The notes under the pieces are model-generated. The model was not told where the DNA came from and ran no database searches. It saw nothing but the letters and a program-made list of their open reading frames with translations. DNA of 64,000 bases, taken from positions 248,001 through 312,000 of IMG/VR virus record IMGVR_UViG_3300043418_000114. The stretch is one strand, 5' to 3'. The number at the start of each line of letters is the position of its first letter. Position 1 is the stretch's first letter. A program made the position numbers and the translations under genes. Shown here piece after piece: positions 28,000 to 37,709 of this stretch.

Positions 28000-30900
28000 T
28001 TATATCAATCTAATTTGTGTTGTCCATACGGTTGAGTTACTACTTGAAGGTGTAACTTGTAAGTTAACGAATGAGTTACCACCAGAGCTTGTAATTGCAA
28101 CAAGAAGCGCTCCTGTTGAACCACCTATGCGCTGACCTCCAAACTGGCCCCAGTCAACTGATGTACCATCAGTGACTGCTTGAATCGTACAGACACTGTA
28201 TTTAGATCCAACAGAGTCAGTTGATTTAACAAAATACTCGATACCAGTGATAGTTGAACTTGTTAATTGAATGTTCGCAATTGTTTGATTAGCCGTGATC
28301 GCTGATGTTGTTACAGTGAATGCTACGGTGCTTGTGTTGCCAACAACTACACTGCCGTTGGTCACTAAATTGCCAGCGATTACGTTACCAGTTACTGTTA
28401 CTAGACCACCAGTTGCGATATTACCAAATGTACCATTGCCGGTTACTGTAATTAGACCAGATGTGCCTAAATTACCTACATTGGCATTCCCTGTTGAGCT
28501 TAGTGTTGTTGCATATAAACCAGTTGTGCCAACATTACCAATATTCGCATTGCCTGTGACAGATAGAACACCACCTGTTACTAAGTTGCCACCTTGAATA
28601 TTACCTGTTGCGGTAATCAATCCAGCAGTACCTATGTTACCAATGTTAGCGTTGCCAGTTACTGTCAATACACCACTAGTTACAAGATTACCACCAATAA
28701 CGTTACCAGTAGCAGTTACGATACCAGCTGTTCCGATGTTGCCAATATTAGCATTACCAGTTACAGATAAGGCGCCGGATGTGTTTAAATTTCCACCATC
28801 AATGTTGCCAGTGGCGGTGATTAGGCCTGCAGTGCCTAAGTTACCTACATTAGCATTACCAGTTACGGTCAAAATACCTGCCGTTCCGATATTGCCTAAG
28901 TTTGCATTCGCGGTGGCGGAGATTGTTGTTGCGTAAACGCCGGTGGTGTCTAAGTTACCAACGTTGGCATTGCCAGTTACAGTCAGAATACCTGCTGTGC
29001 CAATGTTGCCAATGTTTGCGTTACCTGTTACTGTCAAGACACCACTTGTTACTAGATTAGCACCGACTACATTGCCGCCTGCTGTTACTAATCCTGTTGT
29101 TGTTAAGTTGCCGCCAGTAATGTTGCCAGTAGCAGTTACAACACCCGCAGTGCCAATATTACCTATGTTTGCGTTGCCAGAAACACTTAGACTTGTTAGT
29201 GTACCGACCGATGTAATAGTTGGTTGAGCAGTGTTGACACTAAACACAGTGCCTGTTAGTGTTAAACCAGTGCCAGCTTGATATGTACCTGCACCAGAGA
29301 ACTGGGTGAATGTAATATCAGTGGTGCCAACTGTAATCGGTTGATTTGTTGTACATACCCAACCAGTATCAGCTTGAGTTTGACCGCCTTCTACAAATGT
29401 GAAGGCACTTGACATTTCAGGGCCGGCGTCAAAGTCAGTTGAACGTGTCAACTGATACGATGTTGTTGCGTTACCTGCACGAGTAACAACGTAGATACCA
29501 TTGTATGGACTTGCGTTACTCGTACCTTCGTTCTTAATCAAAACACGTTGTGTTGCTGATACTGCATTGCCGTCAATAGACAATGCGCCATTTGTAGTAC
29601 CTGTCAGTGTCGCGCCTACACCACTAGTACCGTTATTGTATGTGTATGTTGGAAGAGCCGCGGCTGTAGCATAGAATACTGACGCCTTTGGATCTAGGCC
29701 AGTTGCAACAGTATCAACGTAATCTTTGGTTGCCGCATCTTGTGCGTTTACTGGGTTAGCTACGTCTGTTATCCAAACGTTACCCATGCTCAAATTGCCA
29801 CCAAAACTACCTGTTCCGGTTGCAACAAAATTATTTGTACCTAGATTGCCAGTGTTGGCATTGCCGCCTACACTTAATACACCTGTTGTGTTAAGATTAG
29901 CACCTTGAATATTACCAGTAGCAGTAATTAAACCACCTGTGCCGATATTGCCAATGTTAGCGTTACCGCCAACTGATAGAATGCCACCCGTATTGACGTT
30001 GCCAAATAGACCGTTGCCAGTGGCAGATACTGCACCGACAGTGTTTACATTGCCGAATGTACCGTTACCAGTAGCAGTTACTACACCTACGGTTGTTAAG
30101 TTGCCACCAGTGATATTACCAGTAGCAGTAATTAATCCACCTGTGCCGATATTACCTACGTTAGCATTGCCAGTTGCACTGATTGTGCCACTAGTGATGA
30201 CATTGCCAAATGTACCGTTACCAGTAGCAGTAATTAGTCCTGCTGTGCCTAGATTGCCTACATTGGCATTGCCGCTTGCAGAGAGAGTCGTTGCGAAGAC
30301 ACCAGTTGTATTTACGTTCGCAACATTGGCATTGCCACTTGCTGATATCATACCAACTGTGTTGATATTGCCACCATCTATATTGCCAGTGGCAGTTACA
30401 ACACCAGCAGTACCAATATTGCCCACATTGGCATTACCAGTTACTGTTAGAATACCACTAGTAGCAATGTTGCCACCGGTAATGTTGCCAGTAGCAGTGA
30501 TTATGCCAGCCGTACCGATGTTGCCGATGTTAGCATTACCAGTTACAGACAGAGCACCGCCCGTGTTTAAATTGCCGCCGCCGATGTTGCCAACAGCGGT
30601 GATTAATCCACTAGTGCCTAAGTTGCCCACGTTTGCATTAGCAGTGGAGCTTAATGACGTTGCATATACACCAGTTGTGCCTAGATTTCCTACGTTAGCA
30701 TTACCGCCAACACTCAATGCTCCGTTAGTATATAAGTTGCCACCAGATATGCTACCTGTACTGCTGATTGTGCCGGCAACATTTATGCCGGTAGTTGTTA
30801 CTAATACAACGTTCGCTGTTCCACCCACAGAGATAGCAACGTTGTCATTGATTGTTGGGATGCTAATATTTGAACTACCATTAGCAAGAGGACCCATCAA

Positions 30901-31347
30901 GTTACCGGCATAAATGTTGCCAGTAGCTGTAATAATTCGTGTGCCTAAGTTGCCTAAGTTAGCGTTACCACTTACACTCAAATAACCGTCGATGTTTGCA
31001 CCGGTTCCAGTGAACACAGCTAAGTTACTAGTACCCGCAGGTGATAATGTAATATTACCGTTGTTGTAAACTTGTAAATTTGCGTTACCGTTACTTAGAC
31101 TTGATGTACTGATGGTAACAAAGCTAAGGACGCCCGAACCATCTGTCTGAATAACTTGACCACTAGTACCACCAGTGATGTGTATATTAGCTATGTTTCC
31201 TAATGCTACGTTGCTGGTAGCTGTTAAGTTGATAACACCATTGGCAGTAATACTGCCTGTTGTAATATCACCGTTAGCTAAAATAATGTTGGATGCTATC
31301 TCGCCTACTGAGAAGCCACCAACTGAGTTCAATGCTTTAATTGCCAT
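28000..31347 (-). CDS. fibre-like virion structural protein (1115 aa)
   Basis: LNSVGGFSVG N-terminus, dozens of TGNANxGNxGTxG repeats, TKDYVD module. Confidence 0.72.
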   Translation of the reverse strand: MAIKALNSVGGFSVGEIASNIILANGDITTGSITANGVINLTATSNVALGNIANIHITGGTSGQVIQTDGSGVLSFVTISTSSLSNGNANLQVYNNGNITLSPAGTSNLAVFTGTGANIDGYLSVSGNANLGNLGTRIITATGNIYAGNLMGPLANGSSNISIPTINDNVAISVGGTANVVLVTTTGINVAGTISSTGSISGGNLYTNGALSVGGNANVGNLGTTGVYATSLSSTANANVGNLGTSGLITAVGNIGGGNLNTGGALSVTGNANIGNIGTAGIITATGNITGGNIATSGILTVTGNANVGNIGTAGVVTATGNIDGGNINTVGMISASGNANVANVNTTGVFATTLSASGNANVGNLGTAGLITATGNGTFGNVITSGTISATGNANVGNIGTGGLITATGNITGGNLTTVGVVTATGNGTFGNVNTVGAVSATGNGLFGNVNTGGILSVGGNANIGNIGTGGLITATGNIQGANLNTTGVLSVGGNANTGNLGTNNFVATGTGSFGGNLSMGNVWITDVANPVNAQDAATKDYVDTVATGLDPKASVFYATAAALPTYTYNNGTSGVGATLTGTTNGALSIDGNAVSATQRVLIKNEGTSNASPYNGIYVVTRAGNATTSYQLTRSTDFDAGPEMSSAFTFVEGGQTQADTGWVCTTNQPITVGTTDITFTQFSGAGTYQAGTGLTLTGTVFSVNTAQPTITSVGTLTSLSVSGNANIGNIGTAGVVTATGNITGGNLTTTGLVTAGGNVVGANLVTSGVLTVTGNANIGNIGTAGILTVTGNANVGNLDTTGVYATTISATANANLGNIGTAGILTVTGNANVGNLGTAGLITATGNIDGGNLNTSGALSVTGNANIGNIGTAGIVTATGNVIGGNLVTSGVLTVTGNANIGNIGTAGLITATGNIQGGNLVTGGVLSVTGNANIGNVGTTGLYATTLSSTGNANVGNLGTSGLITVTGNGTFGNIATGGLVTVTGNVIAGNLVTNGSVVVGNTSTVAFTVTTSAITANQTIANIQLTSSTITGIEYFVKSTDSVGSKYSVCTIQAVTDGTSVDWGQFGGQRIGGSTGALLVAITSSGGNSFVNLQVTPSSSNSTVWTTQIRLI

Positions 31348-31382
31348 TTTGACGTCCTTGTTATTATATTTATCTTAAAATC

Positions 31383-32957
31383 TTATTGGGTATACTTGGT
31401 AATCATCATTTTGTATGTCACCAGATTGTTCGTTGCACATACAATGTATAAATCCATAGATGGTGGATTAACTACATCACCTGGATTGAATGTAATGCCG
31501 AATGTGCCTACACCCCCATTGATTTGTAGACCCGCATATTCGTTAAACTGCACTTGATCTTGATAACAAAGTGCTGAAATCTTCAACGATTGACGCAATG
31601 AGCTAATAGGCTCAGTTGCAATAATCATATAGTCTGCACCGTATAGTCCATCAATTGGAATACTGAATAAGGTTTGATTTCCAGTGGTATCAGTCGTTGC
31701 AAAATATACACTAGTCGTACCAAACTCAAATGATCCTGATCCAATTTGAAATGAGTTTGCTATTAGTAATCCACCAACTTGTACTTCATGTGATACTTGG
31801 TTATATGTGAAGTTAGGACTACCCGCAAAGCCGCCGTTATAATTGAACTGTACGTTTGTGTTGGATCCACCTGGGTTGCCACCACCGCCACCACCTGCAT
31901 CTGTCCATGACAAGTTGCCGGTGCCGTCTGTTGTCATAACTTGACCAGTAAAGCCACCAAAGATTTTTAAATTGTCAATCTCGCCAATCTCAACGTCTGC
32001 TCCGTTAAAATCAACATTACCGTTTGCCGTTAGCTTGCCTGAATTAATCGTTAAATTGCCGCCAACTGATGCATTGCCAGTAACAAATAAGTTACCGGTT
32101 GTTGTTCTATTTGATGCTTGTACGTTAGCACCAGAAATGTTTCCTGTTACTACTAAGCTAGTTAGCGCGCCAACGCTTGTGATATTAGGCTGTGCGGCTT
32201 GTAGTACAGTGTTTGCCACTTCTGCAACAGGAACGATACCTGTTACATTTGCGCCGTTGATATGATTCAACTGAGCACCGTTACCCGTAAAGCCCTGTGC
32301 TTGCACGTTGCCAGTAACACCTAAACTAATCAGTGTACCAACACTAGTGATATTAGGTTGTGCGCTTGCTGATACAGTTTGTGTAGATAATGATGTTGTT
32401 GCTGTACCAGTCAAGTTACCAGTTACGTTTGTGACTGTGATATATTGTACGCCGAGTGTGTTAGTATCACTGTTGTAGGTAAAGCCTGGATCACCTCCAA
32501 ATTCACCTGCATTGTTAAACTGCACTTGAGTGTTTGATCCACCAGGTGATCCGTTTCCGCCGCCACCTCCCGCCGCGGCCCATGTCAACTGACCTAGGCC
32601 ATCCGTTTGTAGAAAGTATCCATTCAATCCACCAGTAATAGAAACACTCTCTATTGGACCCAAAAATGTCTCACCGTTGACTGTGAAGTTTGTCGTAGTC
32701 AACATACTATTTGCACTATCAAACGTCAAGTTAGCACTGGCACCTAATCCTGTGCCGTTGTTAAATTGAACTTGCGTATTTGATCCAGCTACGTATGGTT
32801 GGCCGTTAGCATATCGTAGATTATTAGTAAGTAGTGTGTTAGCTATGATGTAGTTTGAGTTTACATTACCTGTATATCGACCATTGGCGTCGATAATAGG
32901 AATAGCCGGTATACCTACTGAGTAGCCACTAATTGAGTTGAAAAGTTCAGATGCCAT
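31383..32957 (-). CDS. fibre-like virion structural protein
   Basis: FNSISGYSVG N-terminus, three GSNTxVQFN motifs, AQPNITSVG repeats. Confidence 0.72.
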   Translation of the reverse strand: MASELFNSISGYSVGIPAIPIIDANGRYTGNVNSNYIIANTLLTNNLRYANGQPYVAGSNTQVQFNNGTGLGASANLTFDSANSMLTTTNFTVNGETFLGPIESVSITGGLNGYFLQTDGLGQLTWAAAGGGGGNGSPGGSNTQVQFNNAGEFGGDPGFTYNSDTNTLGVQYITVTNVTGNLTGTATTSLSTQTVSASAQPNITSVGTLISLGVTGNVQAQGFTGNGAQLNHINGANVTGIVPVAEVANTVLQAAQPNITSVGALTSLVVTGNISGANVQASNRTTTGNLFVTGNASVGGNLTINSGKLTANGNVDFNGADVEIGEIDNLKIFGGFTGQVMTTDGTGNLSWTDAGGGGGGNPGGSNTNVQFNYNGGFAGSPNFTYNQVSHEVQVGGLLIANSFQIGSGSFEFGTTSVYFATTDTTGNQTLFSIPIDGLYGADYMIIATEPISSLRQSLKISALCYQDQVQFNEYAGLQINGGVGTFGITFNPGDVVNPPSMDLYIVCATNNLVTYKMMITKYTQ

Positions 32958-33049
32958 GTCTTTTATCCTGTTATATAATATTTATCAATTTTGGGTTTTT
33001 TAAAAGACGGTTTAAGTTACCTCGATAATCTTTATTTCATAAATAAAAG

Positions 33050-33415
33050 ATGCTTACTCAACAACCACATCGTCCTTTCTGTGAACAATGCAAAGTTAAT
33101 TTGGCGAAGGCTAATGGTATCAGTAAGCATGGATTTAAAAAATGGCACAAGTACTGTACCACATGTGCCAAGGCAGTGTATAATCCAAAGAATGGATACT
33201 TGCTTAACAAAAAACAAGAGTGTGATAGATGTGGGTTTGTGCCAGAAGATAGTTGTCAGTTAGATATTGCTTATATCGATGGCAATAGTAAGAATAAAAC
33301 TGATTCAAATATACAAACGCTATGCGCCAACTGCAACAGACTGCATCAAAAAAGTTTACGAGAAAAGAAAAAGTCCATTCTCAATATCACAGTTGACGCG
33401 GACGTAACGATTTAG
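33050..33415 (+). CDS. Zn-finger/HNH-like protein with a degenerate active site
   Basis: CxxC pairs (CEQC, CTTC, CDRC, CANC). LDIAYIDGN...SNIQTLCANCN aligns with the usual HHIDGN...NL..LC..CH pattern. Confidence 0.7.
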   Translation: MLTQQPHRPFCEQCKVNLAKANGISKHGFKKWHKYCTTCAKAVYNPKNGYLLNKKQECDRCGFVPEDSCQLDIAYIDGNSKNKTDSNIQTLCANCNRLHQKSLREKKKSILNITVDADVTI

Positions 33416-33783
33416 TAGCTTTTTTCTTCGACAATAGTTGAACCAACTAGTAGGTTGATTTCACGTTTAATTCTAGCACGAACATCGTTTTTTAGGTAGA
33501 CTTGTCTTGCGGCATTAACGAATCCATCACCAAACGCCTTTTCATCTTCCATGGCTCGTTTATACGTTTCGATGTGCCACAGTTCCTGATTGATATCATA
33601 TAAGTCATTTCGTAAATTTGTGATATCTGGCAATTCTAGGTTATCCAGAATACTAATCAATTGAACGTGTTCTTTCAATACGTTTTCACGCTTAGATTCA
33701 TCTCTAATGAATTGCAGTTTTAATTCTAAAATTGTGATTTTATCGATCAGTTCGCCAACTGAAATGGGTGCTAGTACTATCAT
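33412..33783 (-). CDS. DUF6165-like hypothetical protein
   Basis: PISVGELIDKITILELK...LW.IE...F...AR.VY..ND.R..IK..IN...GS..VEEKSY. Confidence 0.75.
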   Translation of the reverse strand: MIVLAPISVGELIDKITILELKLQFIRDESKRENVLKEHVQLISILDNLELPDITNLRNDLYDINQELWHIETYKRAMEDEKAFGDGFVNAARQVYLKNDVRARIKREINLLVGSTIVEEKSY

Positions 33784-33787
33784 AGAT

Positions 33788-34543
33788 TTACTTATGTTTT
33801 ACAAAGTCCCAGATAGATTTCTGTGCTTCAATGTATTGATCATATATCGCATACGCAGATATTGGTATTGGTCTGTTTGTAAGATTGCTGATAGTTTCTA
33901 ATGTCGTTTGTTTACTACTCAGTATGTCACTAAACTGGATTAATGTTACGTTTGTAATATCAACCATGTCGCCAATCTTGAAAGGATAATCAGTAACTTG
34001 TTGATGTTTATTTGCTCTATCCATAATCAGCTTCTGTATCATATCTGATGTTATACTTGGATCGAATGGATCTTTAGCACCATTGAAATAGGTTGGCGAT
34101 TCTTGTTGCCATAGTTGATGCCAATATGGAATTTCGTGATAGCTATCTACCTGAACTTTAAAATAGAAATTAGCTTCTATTAATAGTCTATCTTTCATAG
34201 GATCAATTTGTATGTATAAGACTTTACCTTTAGGATATTTCTCAAAGAATAAGTCGTGATCGATCACATAATGCTCAGTGAGTATTATTGGCAATTCTGG
34301 ATTTTCTGGATTCGTTTCTAAAAATCTAGAAAATAATTGCCCGTCTTTGAGTGTTGTTTTATCAAAATTCAGATCAAGTACTTGATTGGTTCCATTTCTC
34401 GTCACGTGAGCATTGCCATTTTTAGAAAACTCCACTTGATTGAGTGTGTTTGTGAACTCGGCTATTAACATACAAATAAATGATCCACTTGTTCCAGGTA
34501 GATATGATACAGTATATGCTTCGGTATCTGGGAATATTTTCAT
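33788..34543 (-). CDS. hypothetical protein with N-terminal beta-strand/Gly loop
   Basis: 251-aa AT-rich ORF; YTVSYLPGTSGSFI near the N-terminus. Confidence 0.65.
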   Translation of the reverse strand: MKIFPDTEAYTVSYLPGTSGSFICMLIAEFTNTLNQVEFSKNGNAHVTRNGTNQVLDLNFDKTTLKDGQLFSRFLETNPENPELPIILTEHYVIDHDLFFEKYPKGKVLYIQIDPMKDRLLIEANFYFKVQVDSYHEIPYWHQLWQQESPTYFNGAKDPFDPSITSDMIQKLIMDRANKHQQVTDYPFKIGDMVDITNVTLIQFSDILSSKQTTLETISNLTNRPIPISAYAIYDQYIEAQKSIWDFVKHK

Positions 34544-34568
34544 GTTTTATTTAATCGTAAATATACAC

Positions 34569-35303
34569 ATGGCTAACATTAAAAAGTTATATATTGTATT
34601 GGGAACTGGTGGTTCCAGGAAAGATTTCCTTACAGGATGGTTGGGCAAGTTGCCGTCTTTCATAGACACTAAATGGTATATTGACTTAACTTGTGGAGCC
34701 AGTTATAGCGATGCACATCGACTAAAGATTGTCGATACATCACCCAAACATACATTTGTTCATCTATTGGAAGAAATGGATATTAGATTCAGTGATGATG
34801 CTATATTAAACTTAGCCGTTAATTGTCATGGCATTAATCTAGCAGATAATCTAAAAGGATTATCAAAAAGTCAATATGAAATATTGAATGTAAACGTTAA
34901 TCCCAACACAAATGATACATTCTGGCAAAACTTTGTGAAGAATTTCCTTCACTATAATACTAGTATTGACCAGTTAGATGATTACATGAATCAATCTATT
35001 CTACAATATATACCACAAGTCGGTGACACACAAGAAGAAATAATATCTAATTTCTTCTCCAAAGATAATCCTAATTTTGAATCAAAGATGCTTATATCGA
35101 ACTACAATCAAGATGAAGTTATACAATTTGATTATAACGAGTTATTCGTGAAGTCAGGCAGTAGAATATTGTGTGATAGGCTAAAGCTACATGCACCAGA
35201 CAACGTACATGCATTCTGGGATGCAATGCTACCATTTGCTGATCCTCCTCCTGAAGTGGAATTCTTAGGCAAAGTTTGGAAAAAATCAGACTATATCAAA
35301 TAA
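34569..35303 (+). CDS. hypothetical protein with N-terminal beta-strand/Gly loop
   Basis: I moved the start to ATG 34569 (MANIKKLYIVLGTGGSRKDF) because the track start overlaps the opposite-strand gene. Confidence 0.65.
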   Translation: MANIKKLYIVLGTGGSRKDFLTGWLGKLPSFIDTKWYIDLTCGASYSDAHRLKIVDTSPKHTFVHLLEEMDIRFSDDAILNLAVNCHGINLADNLKGLSKSQYEILNVNVNPNTNDTFWQNFVKNFLHYNTSIDQLDDYMNQSILQYIPQVGDTQEEIISNFFSKDNPNFESKMLISNYNQDEVIQFDYNELFVKSGSRILCDRLKLHAPDNVHAFWDAMLPFADPPPEVEFLGKVWKKSDYIK

Positions 35304-35305
35304 AG

Positions 35306-35330
35306 AAAAAGGACTCCGAAGAGTCCTTTT
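35306..35330. terminator. bidirectional intrinsic terminator (UUCG tetraloop on the minus strand)
   Basis: AAAAA-GGACTC-CGAA-GAGTCC-TTTT lies between convergent genes. The minus strand reads GGACUC-UUCG-GAGUCC-UUUUU. Confidence 0.88.
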
Positions 35331-35345
35331 AATTTCCTTCCCGTT

Positions 35346-35363
35346 AACCCACCGTAGTGGGTT
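35346..35363 (-). other. C(UACG)G tetraloop hairpin in the major capsid 3' UTR
   Basis: The minus strand reads AACCCAC-TACG-GTGGGTT, a 7-bp perfect stem. Confidence 0.75.
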
Positions 35364-35386
35364 TCCCGAACAAGAAGATTCCTTGA

Positions 35387-36583
35387 TTATTGGAATGTCA
35401 AGTTCTGAACAGCGATTTCACCAACGTAGTCAGCGGCATTACCGAAGCTAGACGCTGTGTTAGTCAATTCGATGTAACCATAACGTGTCATGAATGATAC
35501 GACTGGTTCGAAACTTGTTGGATCTAGTACAACACCAGAACTCATCAATGGGATGTATGGGCAATAGAATGCCGCGGCATCAGTTTCGCTTGAACCCTTG
35601 TAACCAACCAATACTGGAGTAGTGTCTGGAGCATAAGAGTCAACGAACACGCGCATAGCGCCGTTCAATGTACCAACAAACTTAGTGTTTGTAGGAGCTT
35701 CGAATGTACCTTCTGTAGTACGAGCGAAAGCAGAAGTAGTTGCAGATTGCAATACTGTCAATGCGGCGCTAGAAACAACAGCCCAGTTACCTGCGCCACG
35801 ACGAGTGCGTTGAGCGATCAAGTTAGCAACACGGTTGATCAACACTGCCAAAGCGGCGTGTTCGTCACCAACGTATGTAGCTGTACCAGAAACGGTAGCT
35901 TGGTTGTATGTGTACTCAGTAGATGCTAGAGTACGTAGAGATAGCAAGATTTCTTGGTCGATTTCAGCAGTAATTTCTTGTGCTAGAGCGGCCATGATTT
36001 CTGCTTCTACGTCGATACCGTGCTGAGATTGTGCATCTTGCGCGGCTTCGAATGTCCAACGTGCTTGCAACTTACGTGACTTAGCTTCAACAGCTTGACG
36101 CAAGATTTGTACGCTGATTTGCTTACCACCGTTACCTTCTAGAGCCGCTGTATCGTTAGCAGTGTAAGAAGATGTAGATGTTGTACCATATGGAGTACGA
36201 GAATACGCTTGAGCGATCTTGAATGGTGACAATGCTTCTTCACCAGCTGTAACGCTAGTTTGTGCGGCAGAGTTGTCAGTCAAAGATTGAGCATAACGTA
36301 CACGTAGAGTGTGGATTTGACCAACTGGACCAGTCATTGGCTGAACGCCGACTAGTTCGTTAGCGATAACTGTAGGCATAACACGACGGATAACCGGTAG
36401 AATAACGCGGTTAAGAGTTGCAATGTTACCTGCAGTAGTTGTACCAGCTGATGATTCAGCCAATAGTTGCTTTTTGGTGTTTTCTAAGATAACACCCATT
36501 GTTGAGCGGCGTGTGCCCTTTAAGCCTTCAAGTAGGGCTTCTTTGGTCTCGTCCCAACGGCCTTCTAATAGAACTTTTGACAT
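35387..36583 (-). CDS. gp23: major capsid protein (T4 gp23-like)
   Basis: LPVIRRVMP...ELVGVQPMTGPVGQIHTLR, AKSRKLQARWTFEAAQD...HGID, EIDQEIL, YCPYIPL and TRYG. Confidence 0.97.
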   Translation of the reverse strand: MSKVLLEGRWDETKEALLEGLKGTRRSTMGVILENTKKQLLAESSAGTTTAGNIATLNRVILPVIRRVMPTVIANELVGVQPMTGPVGQIHTLRVRYAQSLTDNSAAQTSVTAGEEALSPFKIAQAYSRTPYGTTSTSSYTANDTAALEGNGGKQISVQILRQAVEAKSRKLQARWTFEAAQDAQSQHGIDVEAEIMAALAQEITAEIDQEILLSLRTLASTEYTYNQATVSGTATYVGDEHAALAVLINRVANLIAQRTRRGAGNWAVVSSAALTVLQSATTSAFARTTEGTFEAPTNTKFVGTLNGAMRVFVDSYAPDTTPVLVGYKGSSETDAAAFYCPYIPLMSSGVVLDPTSFEPVVSFMTRYGYIELTNTASSFGNAADYVGEIAVQNLTFQ

Positions 36584-36611
36584 GTTTAATTTCTCCTAAT
36601 ATATGTCGTTT

Positions 36612-37709
36612 TTATAGCCCTGCTAAACGCTTAATGTCGATAACGTTATCACGTTGTTCCACATCAACTTCTTGTTTGGCAGTTTGTTTATCCCCAGTAA
36701 TTACCTTTGATTCTGAAAGTTTTTGTTTTGCAACAATCTTTTCAGCGCCAGTGTTTAGTACTGCTGGAAGATACTTATCGAAAGCGGCTTGCAACTTAGT
36801 TGTCTGTACGCTTTCTAGTAAGCTACGCATTGTGCCTGCTTTTTCCTCGTTTAGAGTACCTAGCAATTCACTCATAGTCTTCTCACGTAGATTGGACTCT
36901 TTAATAATGCGAACTTCACGTTCTTTTGATTCCACTAATTTCTTAGCTTCGTTAACTTTTGCGGTTGATTCAGCTAATTGAGATTGCATATCTTCAACTT
37001 TAGCCATTAGCTTACGTGTTTCAGCCTTGTCATTTAGATGAGTAACTGAGAACTCGCTTGCGAATGATTCAAAAATACGACGACCAAAATTGTTCTCACG
37101 AGCAACTTTGATATCTTCTTTCAACTGGCTCATTTCGCCCTTTAGATGAGTAGTAACAGCGGCGCCAACTTTCTTAGCAGATTCAGCAACAAAACGTGCC
37201 TTCAATGCTTCTAATTGTTTACGGCCTTCTGCAACTAACTTGACCTTAGCTTCAACTACAGCTTGTTTGTCTTGAGCGAACTCTTTGATTTCACGTGCTA
37301 GAGCATGAACAATGAATTGTTCTAGCTTTTGCTGGCTTTCGTTTTGAATCTTGCGTTCTGCACGTAGTTCTTTGATTTCTTCGGCTAGTTTAGTAACCAT
37401 AAAATCATTGAACTTAGTTGCGCTTTCACGCAACTTCATTTTCGCTTGTACGCGGTCTTCGTTCATTGCTTGTCTTTCTGACTGGAATTCTTGAATTTCA
37501 GTAGCTAGACTTTCTGATACCATTTTATCAAGGGCTTCAACCATTACGACACGGTCGTGTTCGTAACGTTGTGCGAATTCCTCACGTAATTCAGCACGTA
37601 CTTGTTCCTTAGCTTCACCTAGTTTTGCTTCCCATGCTTCGTTTAAAGCAGAAGAAGTTTCTTCATTGATAAGGCCAGATTCAAGTAATGGTTTGATAGC
37701 ATCTAACAT
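36612..37709 (-). CDS. prohead core scaffolding protein (gp22-like)
   Basis: Coiled-coil, E/K-rich 365 aa located between the protease and the major capsid gene; ends DIKRLAGL. Confidence 0.85.
   Translation of the reverse strand: MLDAIKPLLESGLINEETSSALNEAWEAKLGEAKEQVRAELREEFAQRYEHDRVVMVEALDKMVSESLATEIQEFQSERQAMNEDRVQAKMKLRESATKFNDFMVTKLAEEIKELRAERKIQNESQQKLEQFIVHALAREIKEFAQDKQAVVEAKVKLVAEGRKQLEALKARFVAESAKKVGAAVTTHLKGEMSQLKEDIKVARENNFGRRIFESFASEFSVTHLNDKAETRKLMAKVEDMQSQLAESTAKVNEAKKLVESKEREVRIIKESNLREKTMSELLGTLNEEKAGTMRSLLESVQTTKLQAAFDKYLPAVLNTGAEKIVAKQKLSESKVITGDKQTAKQEVDVEQRDNVIDIKRLAGL

Noticed and set aside
23770-30913. Many plus-strand ORFs of 60-324 aa (MLPMLALPVTV... type) across the fibre genes
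   Set aside because: Antisense reflections of the GGN/AAY/ACN repeat codons. They repeat the same pseudo-motif and lack start signals.
15459-32957. Diversity-generating retroelement acting on the fibre genes
   Set aside because: No reverse transcriptase in the window, and no template/variable repeat pair differing only at adenines was seen. The repeats differ at synonymous positions of all bases.
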